From positions 64,001-128,000 of IMG/VR virus record IMGVR_UViG_3300033146_004404: 64,000 bases of DNA, one strand, 5' to 3'. Made by a program: the position numbers and the translations under genes. Shown here one piece after another: positions 19,250 through 29,500 of this stretch (the stretch's first letter is position 1; each line of letters starts with the position of its first letter). A model generated the notes under the pieces. It was not told where the DNA came from and searched no databases. It saw only the letters and a program-made list of their open reading frames with translations. Source of the stretch: a virus. Its lineage: Duplodnaviria > Heunggongvirae > Uroviricota > Caudoviricetes.

Positions 19250-20662
19250 TTACCTTTTCCAAGTCTTTTCAACTGTTTTATGCTTACGTCTATGACTTGT
19301 GCTATATTTACTAGAAAGTTTAACTCTTTTATCTTTAGGAATATTGTTCGCTCTCTGTTCTGCGTGGATAGCTTCTCTCTTATAAGCATCATGATATTCT
19401 GCAAGATCATCAAAGAGCTGTAATCTTTCAGCTTCATCTATATCTATTTCTTCATTATCTTTACGATCTTTATTTTGTGATGAATTTAAAAAGGCAGAAA
19501 TCATTCTTTTTGCTCTTGTATAAACTCCCCAGCCTTTAGGGTCATTAGATCTATTTTCAGTCATTACTGGCATCATCCTATCTATTTCTTTAAGAAGTTT
19601 TCTTGCTCCACCAAACGTAACTGATCCTTCACCAGTAATGTACGGATCAAGAACTTTATCTACTGCTTTTGTATGAGCTTTTCCAATTCTAAAATTAAGA
19701 CCTGATAACTTTTCTATAGATGAATTTTTAGCATTATGAGTTCTAAAAACTCGCTTAAGTTTTGTAGCTAGTCTTATAGAATCTTCTCCACTAGATAAAT
19801 CTCTGACCTTAACTATGAATTCTTTCTTTAACTCACCATTGTTTACAGTAACACCTTGCTTGATTAATCTGTCAAGCATTTTATTTAAATCAAAATCTGT
19901 TTTTGAATTACCAAGATCTGTAGAGATTCTTTTTGAAATTTCTCTATTTGTAGATACACTAGGATTAGCCCTTCTAAGTTTCACTAACTTTAGTGCTTGT
20001 TTAGTAGTCCATCCAGTTTCTTCTCTAGCTTCTGCTTTAGTCTTTCCATCTTTTATTGCTTTGTTGTAAGCAATTTCTCTTTTTTCCAAGTTTTGAGCAG
20101 AGATGTTTACTTCTGCCATTTTACTAAACTCTGCATGCTCTCCCTTTAATTTTTTTAATTTATCAGTATCTTTCTTAGGGTCATACTTCTTTTTTAGTAC
20201 TTTATCATGTACTTTATCCTGATTTGTCTTAAAAACTCTTTCCCTCTCTAAGTTTCGAATCTGTCTTCTTTTAACGTTTTTCACTGTGTCGTAAGCTTCG
20301 CCACCTCTATTTCCATAGTTAACGTCTATTCCTGTTTCTGCTTCCTTCTTTTTACTAGCTGGAGTCTTTTTTCCGTAAGTCTTATTTTTTTCTGGCTTTC
20401 GATATTCTTCTGGTATAGATTCCTTAAACTTTTTTAAGCTATGCTTTGAGTCTAATACAGTTCCAGTTGAGAGTTCATTTCCTCTTTTTTGCATAGCATT
20501 CCAAGATCTTGTAACTCCTCTGTTAGTACCACCTTTTGCAATGAAGTATGCAGCAGCTTCTTTATATTTATCATCTTTAAGTAAATCATTTATTTTTCCC
20601 CAAACGCTTTCGTTTTCGCCGACGGGTATTGCCATTTCGCTTAATACAGTTGTTAGTTTCAT
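19250..20662 (-). CDS. basic putative internal head protein
   Basis: MKLTTVLSE leader, Lys/Arg-rich 470 aa, AGAGGAAGG RBS. Confidence 0.6.
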   Translation of the reverse strand: MKLTTVLSEMAIPVGENESVWGKINDLLKDDKYKEAAAYFIAKGGTNRGVTRSWNAMQKRGNELSTGTVLDSKHSLKKFKESIPEEYRKPEKNKTYGKKTPASKKKEAETGIDVNYGNRGGEAYDTVKNVKRRQIRNLERERVFKTNQDKVHDKVLKKKYDPKKDTDKLKKLKGEHAEFSKMAEVNISAQNLEKREIAYNKAIKDGKTKAEAREETGWTTKQALKLVKLRRANPSVSTNREISKRISTDLGNSKTDFDLNKMLDRLIKQGVTVNNGELKKEFIVKVRDLSSGEDSIRLATKLKRVFRTHNAKNSSIEKLSGLNFRIGKAHTKAVDKVLDPYITGEGSVTFGGARKLLKEIDRMMPVMTENRSNDPKGWGVYTRAKRMISAFLNSSQNKDRKDNEEIDIDEAERLQLFDDLAEYHDAYKREAIHAEQRANNIPKDKRVKLSSKYSTSHRRKHKTVEKTWKR

Positions 20663-20673
20663 ATTCCTTCCTC

Positions 20674-21336
20674 TTATTTCTTAGCTACTAGAGCTCTAAG
20701 TTTAGCATGTCTTGGATCTTTTTTACTCAATAATTCATTCTTGAGATCGTTAATCGCTTTGATGTTTTTTGGGTCATCGTCGATTAACCAAACTCTGTCG
20801 TATTTATTAAGAAGTTTAAGCATTACATTCTTTTTCTTTGAAAAGTCTGTTGTGCCTTTATATTTTTTATTATCGTCATTAATAGCAAAAACAAGATCTC
20901 TAACTAATTTATCACCGACTGGCTTTAAGTCGCCGCCTTCTTTGAATTTTAAGAATGCGTGAATAGACTTAAAGATTACATTCTCTAATCCTCTTGCTGT
21001 AAGTATACCTATTTTCCAGCCATTCTTAATATACTTATCCATAGTACCTAAGTTGGAAATTATAGGAGTTCCAGTTAGAATAGAATTTCCAACCTTTTCA
21101 GGACTTCTAAACTCTTTATAGTCATAATAACCTTTTTCTTTATCTTCTTTTGTAACTGTTTCTTTTGCGTATTCATCAGGAGTTAATCCAACTGGACTTT
21201 TATCAGTCGGTCTTTTTCTCCATATTTTAATGCCTTGTGCTGTTAATAGAGTATCGTCTATATCCAACAGCAATAAGTTATTTCCTGTTCCCTCATTTAA
21301 AAAGAGGTCTTGTGTTATTATCTCTGAAAAGTTCAT
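20674..21336 (-). CDS. HAD-superfamily phosphatase-like protein
   Basis: Motif I LLDIDDTL, motif II ILTARG, motif IV LIDDDPKN. Confidence 0.8.
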   Translation of the reverse strand: MNFSEIITQDLFLNEGTGNNLLLLDIDDTLLTAQGIKIWRKRPTDKSPVGLTPDEYAKETVTKEDKEKGYYDYKEFRSPEKVGNSILTGTPIISNLGTMDKYIKNGWKIGILTARGLENVIFKSIHAFLKFKEGGDLKPVGDKLVRDLVFAINDDNKKYKGTTDFSKKKNVMLKLLNKYDRVWLIDDDPKNIKAINDLKNELLSKKDPRHAKLRALVAKK

Positions 21337-21545
21337 TAGCTCTCATCCTTTGATTTCCAGCCTCTATCTATTGCCTTCCAATCATCTTTATTCATATTCT
21401 TAAGCTCTTTGCCTAAAGCTTTAGTAGCTGCAGTTCTATAATTAGCATATGTTTTAAACTTCTTTTTGTTTTCTTCAGGAGTGGATTTCAAGCAACTATC
21501 GCTTCCGCCAAACCCTTGTGATTCCAATATTTCTCTTAATTTCAT
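21336..21545 (-). CDS. small putative internal head protein
   Basis: MKLREILE leader, TAATG-coupled to HAD gene. Confidence 0.6.
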   Translation of the reverse strand: MKLREILESQGFGGSDSCLKSTPEENKKKFKTYANYRTAATKALGKELKNMNKDDWKAIDRGWKSKDES

Positions 21546-21575
21546 ATTTAATTTCCTTTAAAGTGTTTATTACTA

Positions 21576-21587
21576 TTATCTTTACCT
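21576..21587 (-). promoter_or_regulatory. candidate late-promoter motif AGGTAAAGATAA
   Basis: Exact copy also at 33788-33799 and 57381-57392; each 27-30 nt upstream of a start codon. Confidence 0.55.
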
Positions 21588-21613
21588 CTTAAATAGAAGA
21601 GGAGGAAAGATGT

Positions 21614-21853
21614 ATGTTTTATGACTATGTATGTGATAATTGCGGCGAGATAAAAGAAGAGATGCATGGGATAAATGAAACCCCTGAAATTCTCTGTGAC
21701 AACTGTAAAATAGTAATGAAGAAAATAGTAACAGGCGGTAGCGGCTTCATCCTTAAAGGAAATGGCTGGGGCGGAAAAAACAGTGGCTCTAGTAACAAGA
21801 TGGCTAGAAGAGTAACACAAACATCAAAAGCACAACAAATAACAGGAGATTAA
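21614..21853 (+). CDS. FmdB-family zinc ribbon protein
   Basis: YDYVCDNCG...CDNCK...GGSGFILKGNGW. Confidence 0.85.
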   Translation: MFYDYVCDNCGEIKEEMHGINETPEILCDNCKIVMKKIVTGGSGFILKGNGWGGKNSGSSNKMARRVTQTSKAQQITGD

Positions 21854-21854
21854 A

Positions 21855-22178
21855 ATGGTAGATGTAATAGTAGTAAGTGGAGTAGTTTTAATATTAATTG
21901 GTGGAGCAGTTTTCTTCGACATAAAAACAAGGAGAGATAACAATAAGATTGACAAGGCAGAAGTTGCAGTCGCTGTATCTGAATCTAATGATGAAGATAG
22001 AACAACAACTATCGAAGATATAACTAAACACCAAGAAGATATTAAAGTAGAGGTTGAAAAAACAAAAAGAATAGTTGCTGAAAACAATGCCAATCACGAG
22101 AAAAAGAAAGATACTCTTAAAAAAAGACGAGCTGAGCTTAAAAGAAAAAGAGAGGACCTTAGAAATGAAAGTGTGTAA
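21855..22178 (+). CDS. i-spanin-like membrane protein
   Basis: N-terminal TM helix then long coiled coil; in lysis cluster; overlaps next gene. Confidence 0.55.
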   Translation: MVDVIVVSGVVLILIGGAVFFDIKTRRDNNKIDKAEVAVAVSESNDEDRTTTIEDITKHQEDIKVEVEKTKRIVAENNANHEKKKDTLKKRRAELKRKREDLRNESV

Positions 22179-22644
22179 AACATTATTCCTTGCGTTAGTT
22201 CTAATATTTGCTTCAACAGGTATTTATGCGCAAGATACAGATACAGAAACAGTATCAGAAACTTATTTTGAAGTTGAGTATGAATTGTTATTGGATGATT
22301 ATGAAGAATTGTTGGGTGACTACAAGGCTATAATCCTTAAACTCAAAGAATTGAATTACACTTATGAAAAAGAAATAGACGAACACGAAAAAGCTAAAGA
22401 ACAAATAAAAATAGATCAGCTAGAGATTAGTGGTCTTAGAGACAATCTTGAAGACTTGATTTATGTAACTGATCCAAGATACTTTTCAGCTTATGTAATA
22501 GGTGGTTATATGGGGGAATCACCATTAGCCGAATTGGCTCTTACTGTGGATATACCAAAGACCCCATTCTCTGTTTATGCAGGAACTGAGTATATTCACT
22601 TTAAAGGCGTTAATATGAAACTAGGAATAGGGTTTAAATTTTAA
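22165..22644 (+). CDS. secreted coiled-coil protein with C-terminal beta-strands (outer-membrane-anchored, spanin-partner candidate)
   Basis: Start 22165 MKVCKTLFLALVLIFASTGIYA|QD signal peptide; ends KLGIGFKF (beta-signal-like). Confidence 0.55.
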   Translation: MKVCKTLFLALVLIFASTGIYAQDTDTETVSETYFEVEYELLLDDYEELLGDYKAIILKLKELNYTYEKEIDEHEKAKEQIKIDQLEISGLRDNLEDLIYVTDPRYFSAYVIGGYMGESPLAELALTVDIPKTPFSVYAGTEYIHFKGVNMKLGIGFKF

Positions 22645-22910
22645 GCAGATGGATCCAGTTTAACTTCTGGATCTATCTTTAAAGTTTCTGCAATATTAAG
22701 ACCTTTATTTCCACCAATATATAATAGTGTTACAGATCCTGCAAAAGTTATAATAGTTGATAGAGGTAATATCACAGTAGGTATAAACAACTGAGAAATT
22801 ATAGCTAAAGGAATCATTGCAATCCATGTCACATTCAACCAAAAAGTTCTACTCTTAAATCTATTCTTTGATTTCTCTTCTCTGCTAATGTCTAATTCTG
22901 CTTTTGTCAT
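22641..22910 (-). CDS. putative holin
   Basis: KSRTFW followed by two TM helices, 89 aa, next to peptidase. Confidence 0.65.
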   Translation of the reverse strand: MTKAELDISREEKSKNRFKSRTFWLNVTWIAMIPLAIISQLFIPTVILPLSTIITFAGSVTLLYIGGNKGLNIAETLKIDPEVKLDPSA

Positions 22911-22919
22911 TCTTATCTC

Positions 22920-23579
22920 CTAAATAAAACTGTGTCGCCATTTACTTTGACTATGAAATGATTTAACTATCTTCTTCATATCAGCTGCTGGCATTATAAC
23001 ATCATCACCATTGTGATTGTTATACTTCATTTTGTAAATCCCATAAGGATCATCAATTATATAGCTATCTATGTTGTTAAGTTTTATGTTTTTTATTTTA
23101 TCTGTATATAAAATATTATCTAAGTTCTTAACTACAACTCCAACTAATGTAACTACATGATTATACTTATAAAAATATCCAGATAGTACAGATGGCGTAT
23201 CGTTAACTAAATCATATACAATATTTTCCAAAGGACAAGAAGAAGTAAATTCTGTTACATCTTGTCCCATATACTTATTTACACCTAACGAAAGCAGTTT
23301 ATGTAGCTCCCGTTTGGTATAAGTTTTCATATACTTCTTATATCTTGTCTTATACATATTGTCTATTTCTTTATCTTCTTCAATAATAGAATATATATCA
23401 TCAAACATTTGGTCGAAGGATTCATTGGGCTTATAGCCCTTGATCTTAAGACCCATCATCATTGCTGTAATCTGGCAAGTTGAATTTGGATCCTTCTTAT
23501 TATCTCTTTGTTTTCTATAATCACTTTTATCACTTGTATTAATATAATACAAGTTGTTCTTCTTCTCTATATTTATCAT
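22920..23579 (-). CDS. peptidase C39-like protein (candidate endolysin)
   Basis: STCQITAMMMGL (Cys), NHVVTLVG (His), IIDDPYG (Asp). Confidence 0.75.
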   Translation of the reverse strand: MINIEKKNNLYYINTSDKSDYRKQRDNKKDPNSTCQITAMMMGLKIKGYKPNESFDQMFDDIYSIIEEDKEIDNMYKTRYKKYMKTYTKRELHKLLSLGVNKYMGQDVTEFTSSCPLENIVYDLVNDTPSVLSGYFYKYNHVVTLVGVVVKNLDNILYTDKIKNIKLNNIDSYIIDDPYGIYKMKYNNHNGDDVIMPAADMKKIVKSFHSQSKWRHSFI

Positions 23580-26500
23580 TCAGTTCTCCAATTTCCTGCG
23601 CCTGTTGGTATATCTACATAGTCACCAATATCCATACATCCATCAAAACAGCCAGAGTGAGTAGCTGTTACTACAGCATCATCTATAAATTCATCTACTC
23701 CTGTAACATTTGTTGTTATATTAGTACATCCTTTAAACATATTATCGTATGTTGTAGCAGCTGTATTATATAATATAATGTCTGCAGGAATCGCTGTTAA
23801 TCCAGTACAGTTTTCAAATGCTTTAGAAAAATCAGTAGCTAAAAGACTATATCTAAACAGATCAACTGGGATTGCTTCTAAACTAGAACATCCACAAAAT
23901 TCTTCTTGAAACGTTGTATTTAAAACATTATATCTAAACAAGTCAGTTGGTATTGCTGTTAAATCAGAACATCCATAAAAAACTCTTCCTATAAAATAAG
24001 CTAAAATGTTTTCGTCAAATAAGTTATCTGGTATTTCTGTTAGTCCACTGTTTGCAAAAGTGTAACTCATAATTTCAAGGCTAGTAAGCTCATCAAATAG
24101 CCCACTAGGAATAGAGGTAAGTGACGAGCAATTATAAAATGTTTGGACTAGGCTTGTCATTTGACTCATATTGTCGAACAGAGTTGCTGGAAGTGCTGTA
24201 ATTCCAGTGCTTGCAAAAACATTATCTACACTAGTAACCAACGGCAAGTTTTCAAATAGTGTGACAGGTATAGATGTTATTGAGTTACACCCTTGAAATG
24301 CAGCATTTATATTCGTCAATTTTGGATTATTGCTTAACAACCCAGTCTGTATAGATCCTAATTGAGATAGGTGGCAAATATAAGAAACGTCTGTTAAATT
24401 TATACAGTTTTCAAAAGCCGTTCCGTCTAACCAATTTAAGTTAGAAGATTGAAATGCATTATTAAGCGTAGTTAATCTAACAGCATTCTTAAATAGCGCT
24501 GTTGTTGATCCTGGAATTGTACTAAGCGAAGAGCATCCTTGGAACATGTAACTTCCAATTATTAAACTTCCAATATTATTATATGTAGAATTAACCGAAG
24601 TTAATCCTGCCTGTCCTTGAAACTTCAATACTTTTAATCCCATATCTTTCGACATTGAATCAAGAGTAACTATATTTGCTTCAGCTCCAAATGCTAAGTA
24701 TTCAATATATCCTGTAATAGTTATTTGGTGAGTTCCAGAAGAATAAGTGTGAGAAGCATCATCATCATAAGAAGTTAATGTAGTATCTTCAGAACCATCT
24801 CCCCAGTTTATCACACAGTCAATGTCATAATTCGAATTATTTATTGGTAGAGTAAAAGTTCCACCTGTTGTTGTTATTGAGAATTTCATATTATTTGTTA
24901 AATCAGATAATCCTAATCCACCAAGATCTGTATCTAATATGTCATAATCTACTAGCTTAACGCAGCCGTCAAAACAGTCAGTCGTGCTATACACTCCATT
25001 AGCTAACATTGTTTGAATCCAATCGCTTGCGCTTCCTGTTAGACTTGTACATCCTTTAAACCACCACATGACATTATTAAGTTCTGTTAGGCTTGTAAAG
25101 AAGTCATCAGGAATATATTTTAAGTTAGTGCATCCTTGAAATAAGTTATTCCCATCTGTAATTAAAGGATTGTTTGCAAATAGTCCTTCTGGGATCATTT
25201 CTAGCGAAGTCCATCCATAAAAATTCATATATATAGAAGTAAGTAATGGATTGTATTTATATAAATTTACTGGGATTTCTTTTACTCCAGAGAGCAATCC
25301 TGTTGTTTGATATATAGAAGTAAGCTTAGTATTATATCTATATAAATCTTCTGGGACTTCAGTTACATTATTACATTGATAAAAAACACTAGGTAAAGAA
25401 GTTATATTATCTCCAGAATATCTAAAAATATTAGCTGGTATTACAGCTAATGAACTCTGCATAAACATATTGTTGAAGTTAGTTATTAATGGATTATATT
25501 TAAAAATATCATCTGGAACAGAAACTATTGCATTGCAACTTTGAAACATCCTTGAAACACTTTCAAGCAGAACATTGTATTTAAAAGTATCTACATCAAC
25601 AGTTTGTATCTTAGTTGAATTAAAAAGACTGTAGAACGAAGTAACCTCTATATTGTTAGCAAATAAAGTAGCTGGGATTGTTGTGAATAATACATTCGAA
25701 CAGTTAGAAAATGTTTGTGCAAATGTTTCAGTTTTTACGTTATATTGAAATAAACCAGCAGGAACAGACTCTATTGAGTCACAATTATAAAAAGTTCCAT
25801 TAAAGTCAATGATCTCTGTATTATATTTAAATAGATCCTCTGGTATAGATTCTATACCAGCCTCAAAAAAAGTTCTAAGAGCACTTGTTATTTCTGTCAT
25901 GTTACTAAATATAGTTTCTGGGATTGATGTTAGTGAACTACATCCTCTAAACATATCAGTTATTTCTGTTACACTACCAAGCTTACTTAAGTCAGCACTT
26001 ACAGAAGTCATATTACTTTGTCCGTAGAAGGATAGAGCTTTCACTCCCATATTTTTTGTAAGACTATCAACCGATGTTATATGTGAGTTATCATTATTAT
26101 ATTTAAAGTATTCCATAAAACCAGTTACTGTAACTGTTCCTGTATATGCAGCTGTATAAGTATGAGAAGCTGTTTGATTTGTTCCTTCTATTACAGTATC
26201 TGCGCCTTCGCCCCAATCAATAACTAAATCACAATAATCGTCAGTCCCAGCATTATTTATAGGAATGTAAAAAGTTTCATCTATGGGAACATCAACTGAT
26301 AATGTTAATGTATTAGTCCATGAACTTTCAAGACCACCCCAAGCTGCATCTAATACGTCATAATCTGTAAGAACAGTACATCCAGTAAAAGCTCCAGCTG
26401 TATTTAAAGTAAGAGTATTTGCTGTAGCTACTGCTTCAATTTGTCCTACAATATCTTCAGGATAAACATCAGCTGTTCCTGTCAACGCTAAACATCCACT

Positions 26501-29500
26501 AAATAATGAGCTATAATCTGTAGCTACTATGTTATAATTAAAAAGAGTAGGAGGTACTGTTTTAAGAGCTTCGCATCGCCAGAATAAGCCGCTAAAGTTT
26601 GTTACAGCTGTGTTATATCTAAAGATGCCTACAGGAACATCTACTAGATTATCGCAATTTATGAAAACCCTGTAGAATGTATCTACGTTGACATTATATC
26701 TAAAAAGATTCTCGGGGACTGTAGTAAAAGCATTGTCGTTAAATATACTAGCAAAGTCAGTAACTAAAGTATTATATTGAAATAGTCCTTCAGGGATTGT
26801 ATCTAATAATTGACAGCTAGAGAAAGTAGAATCAAATTCTAATACTGCTGTATTATATCTAAATAGATCTTCAGGTACTGTAGTGAAGTTATTACTCTGG
26901 AAAGTTGAGTTGAAGTATTCAACTAAAGTATTGTGCTGAAATAATCCTACAGGAACAGATGTTAAACTTCCACCTAGAAAAGTCTGAGTAAAACTAGCAA
27001 TTTTAGTATTATATCTAAAAAAGTCTTCATGTATAGAAGTAATAGGACAGCTAGCAAATGAGCTCTGTGCTGTCATTAGTTCTGTATTGTTATAAAGTAA
27101 ATCTATAGGTAAAGTAGCTAAAGAAGCACAACCGCTAAATACTCCATAAATATCTTCAAGTAGAATTAGATTATCAAAAAGTCCAGATGGAAGTTCAGTT
27201 ATGTCTACTCCATAAAAACAACTAGCTAGGCTTGTTATACTTGTATTATATTGAAATAAATTTGCTGGTATTGTTGTTAGTCCAGTTTGTAAAAACACGG
27301 CACTTAAAGTCTCAAGCTTTGTGTTATACTGGAAAAGATTTTCATTTATAGATGTTATTCCAGAACAACTATAAAACATTCTATCTAGTATAATAAGCTC
27401 TGTATTATATTTAAATAAATCAGTAGGTATTGAAGTAATAGAAGTACATCCTTCAAATACTGCACTTAACGAAGTTATATCAGGAGCATATCTAAATAAA
27501 TCTGTTGGTATTGTAGAAACATCTGTTCCTAAGAACGCATCATCCCAGTTACTTATTTTTGTGTTATACTTAAATAAGTCCGTTGGTATAGCTGTTATTC
27601 CTCCATTTCTAAATAAATTTGAGATATTTGTTAGCTCAGTGCATGAATCAAAAACATTAGCCGGTATTGTAGTAAGGCTTGTATAAGCGAAAGCATAATA
27701 AAGATTATCAAGTTTTACCATTTTAGAAAATATGTCTGGAACTGTCGTTAGTCCAGTACAGAATATAAACATTGAGTGTCCATTAACTAAACTTCTCATA
27801 TTTTCATATGTAGAATCTATTGTTGTTAATCCTTCTTGTTTTCTCATTGAGAATCTTTTTATTCCCAGATCTTTTGACATTGAGTCGAGAGATACGATAT
27901 GATAATCAATATTTGCAAGATAAGCCAACATTTCTATATATCCAGTAATTGTAATTTGATAAGTCCCTATTGCTGCAAAAATATGAGTAGCGTCATCACT
28001 GTAAGAAGTTAAGACTGTATCGCTAGTTAAATCGTCCCAATTTACTACACAATCAATATCATCATCTGTTCCACCATTATTTATTGGAAGAATAAATACT
28101 TCATCTGTACTTGTTGTAGTAACAGTGAATTTCATATTGTTTGTTAGTGTAGCGCCACCTGCGCCACCCCACGCTGCATCAAGAATTTCATAATCCACTA
28201 AAGAAGTACATCCATTAAAAGCATCAGTTGTTGTTAGAGTAAGAGTTTCAGCTGTTGCTACCGCTTCAATATTTCTTATTATATCTCCAGCTTTATAATC
28301 TGCTGTTCCACTTAATTCAGTACAACTTTTAAATGTATCTGTATAGTTTGTAGCAACAATACAATTATCAAATAAATAAGGAGATACTCTAACTAAAGAA
28401 GAACAATTTTGAAATGTTCCCTGAAATGACTCTACAAGCGTGTTGTATGTAAATAAATTATCTTCAACTCTACTAATTTCACTTCCGTATAATGCACCTC
28501 TAAAAGTTGTAGCTAGAGTATTATATCGAAATATATCAGTAGGTAATGAAGACATCGCAGTTCCATAAAATACATTTTCAAAATTTGAAGCTAAAGCATT
28601 ATATCTAAAAATATCTACAGGTATTGTTTCTATACTAGGACAATTATAAAAAAGGTATCTAAAGCTTTCATTTAATGTGTTATATCTAAATAGATCTACC
28701 GGAACAGTTGTTAATGAAGTACAGCCAAGAAATGTTCCATTAAAGGTTTCTATAAGAGGACAATTATCAAATAGCCCTGCTGGGATCTCTGTAATTGCTG
28801 ATCCACCAAAAGTAGAATTTAAGTCTTTAAGTTTAGTGTTATTATCAAGAAAACCAGAAGGAATAGTTGCAGACCCAATATTTTGAAATGCACTTTGAAC
28901 ATTTTCTAGGTTGTAACATCCATCGAGCATACCTGCTACTAATGAAGTAACTCCTGTATCATAATATAGCTGAAGAAGCGATTTCACTGAATGCATTTTA
29001 TTTAATACTGTATCGTTAATAGTAGTTATTCCAGATTGTGATCTTAATGAGAATATTTTTAACCCATTATCTCTTGAAAGACTTGTAAGTTCTGTTACGT
29101 GCTTGTCAGGAGATGTGAAAAATAAATGTTCCATATAACCAGTAATAGTTATAGTCTGTTCTTCTGCTACAGCAAATGTGTGAGAAGCATTATCATTATA
29201 TGCTGTAAGAGTTGTATCAGCTGTTCCATCACCCCAATTTACTACACAATCAATATCATCATCTACTCCACTATTATTTATTGGAAGAGTAAAGACTTCA
29301 TCCACTCCAACTGTTGTAACTTTTATAACTAATTCATTTGTTAATTCAGATAATCCTAATCCACCCCAAGCAGTAGGAATTGTGTCAACATCTACAATCT
29401 CAGGTGCTAAACCAATAAACGTAGAGGGGTGATATAGTGTTTTTCCATTAGCTGTAGCTTGTGCCTCTAATAATGGAATCATATCTGTTGATTTCATATT

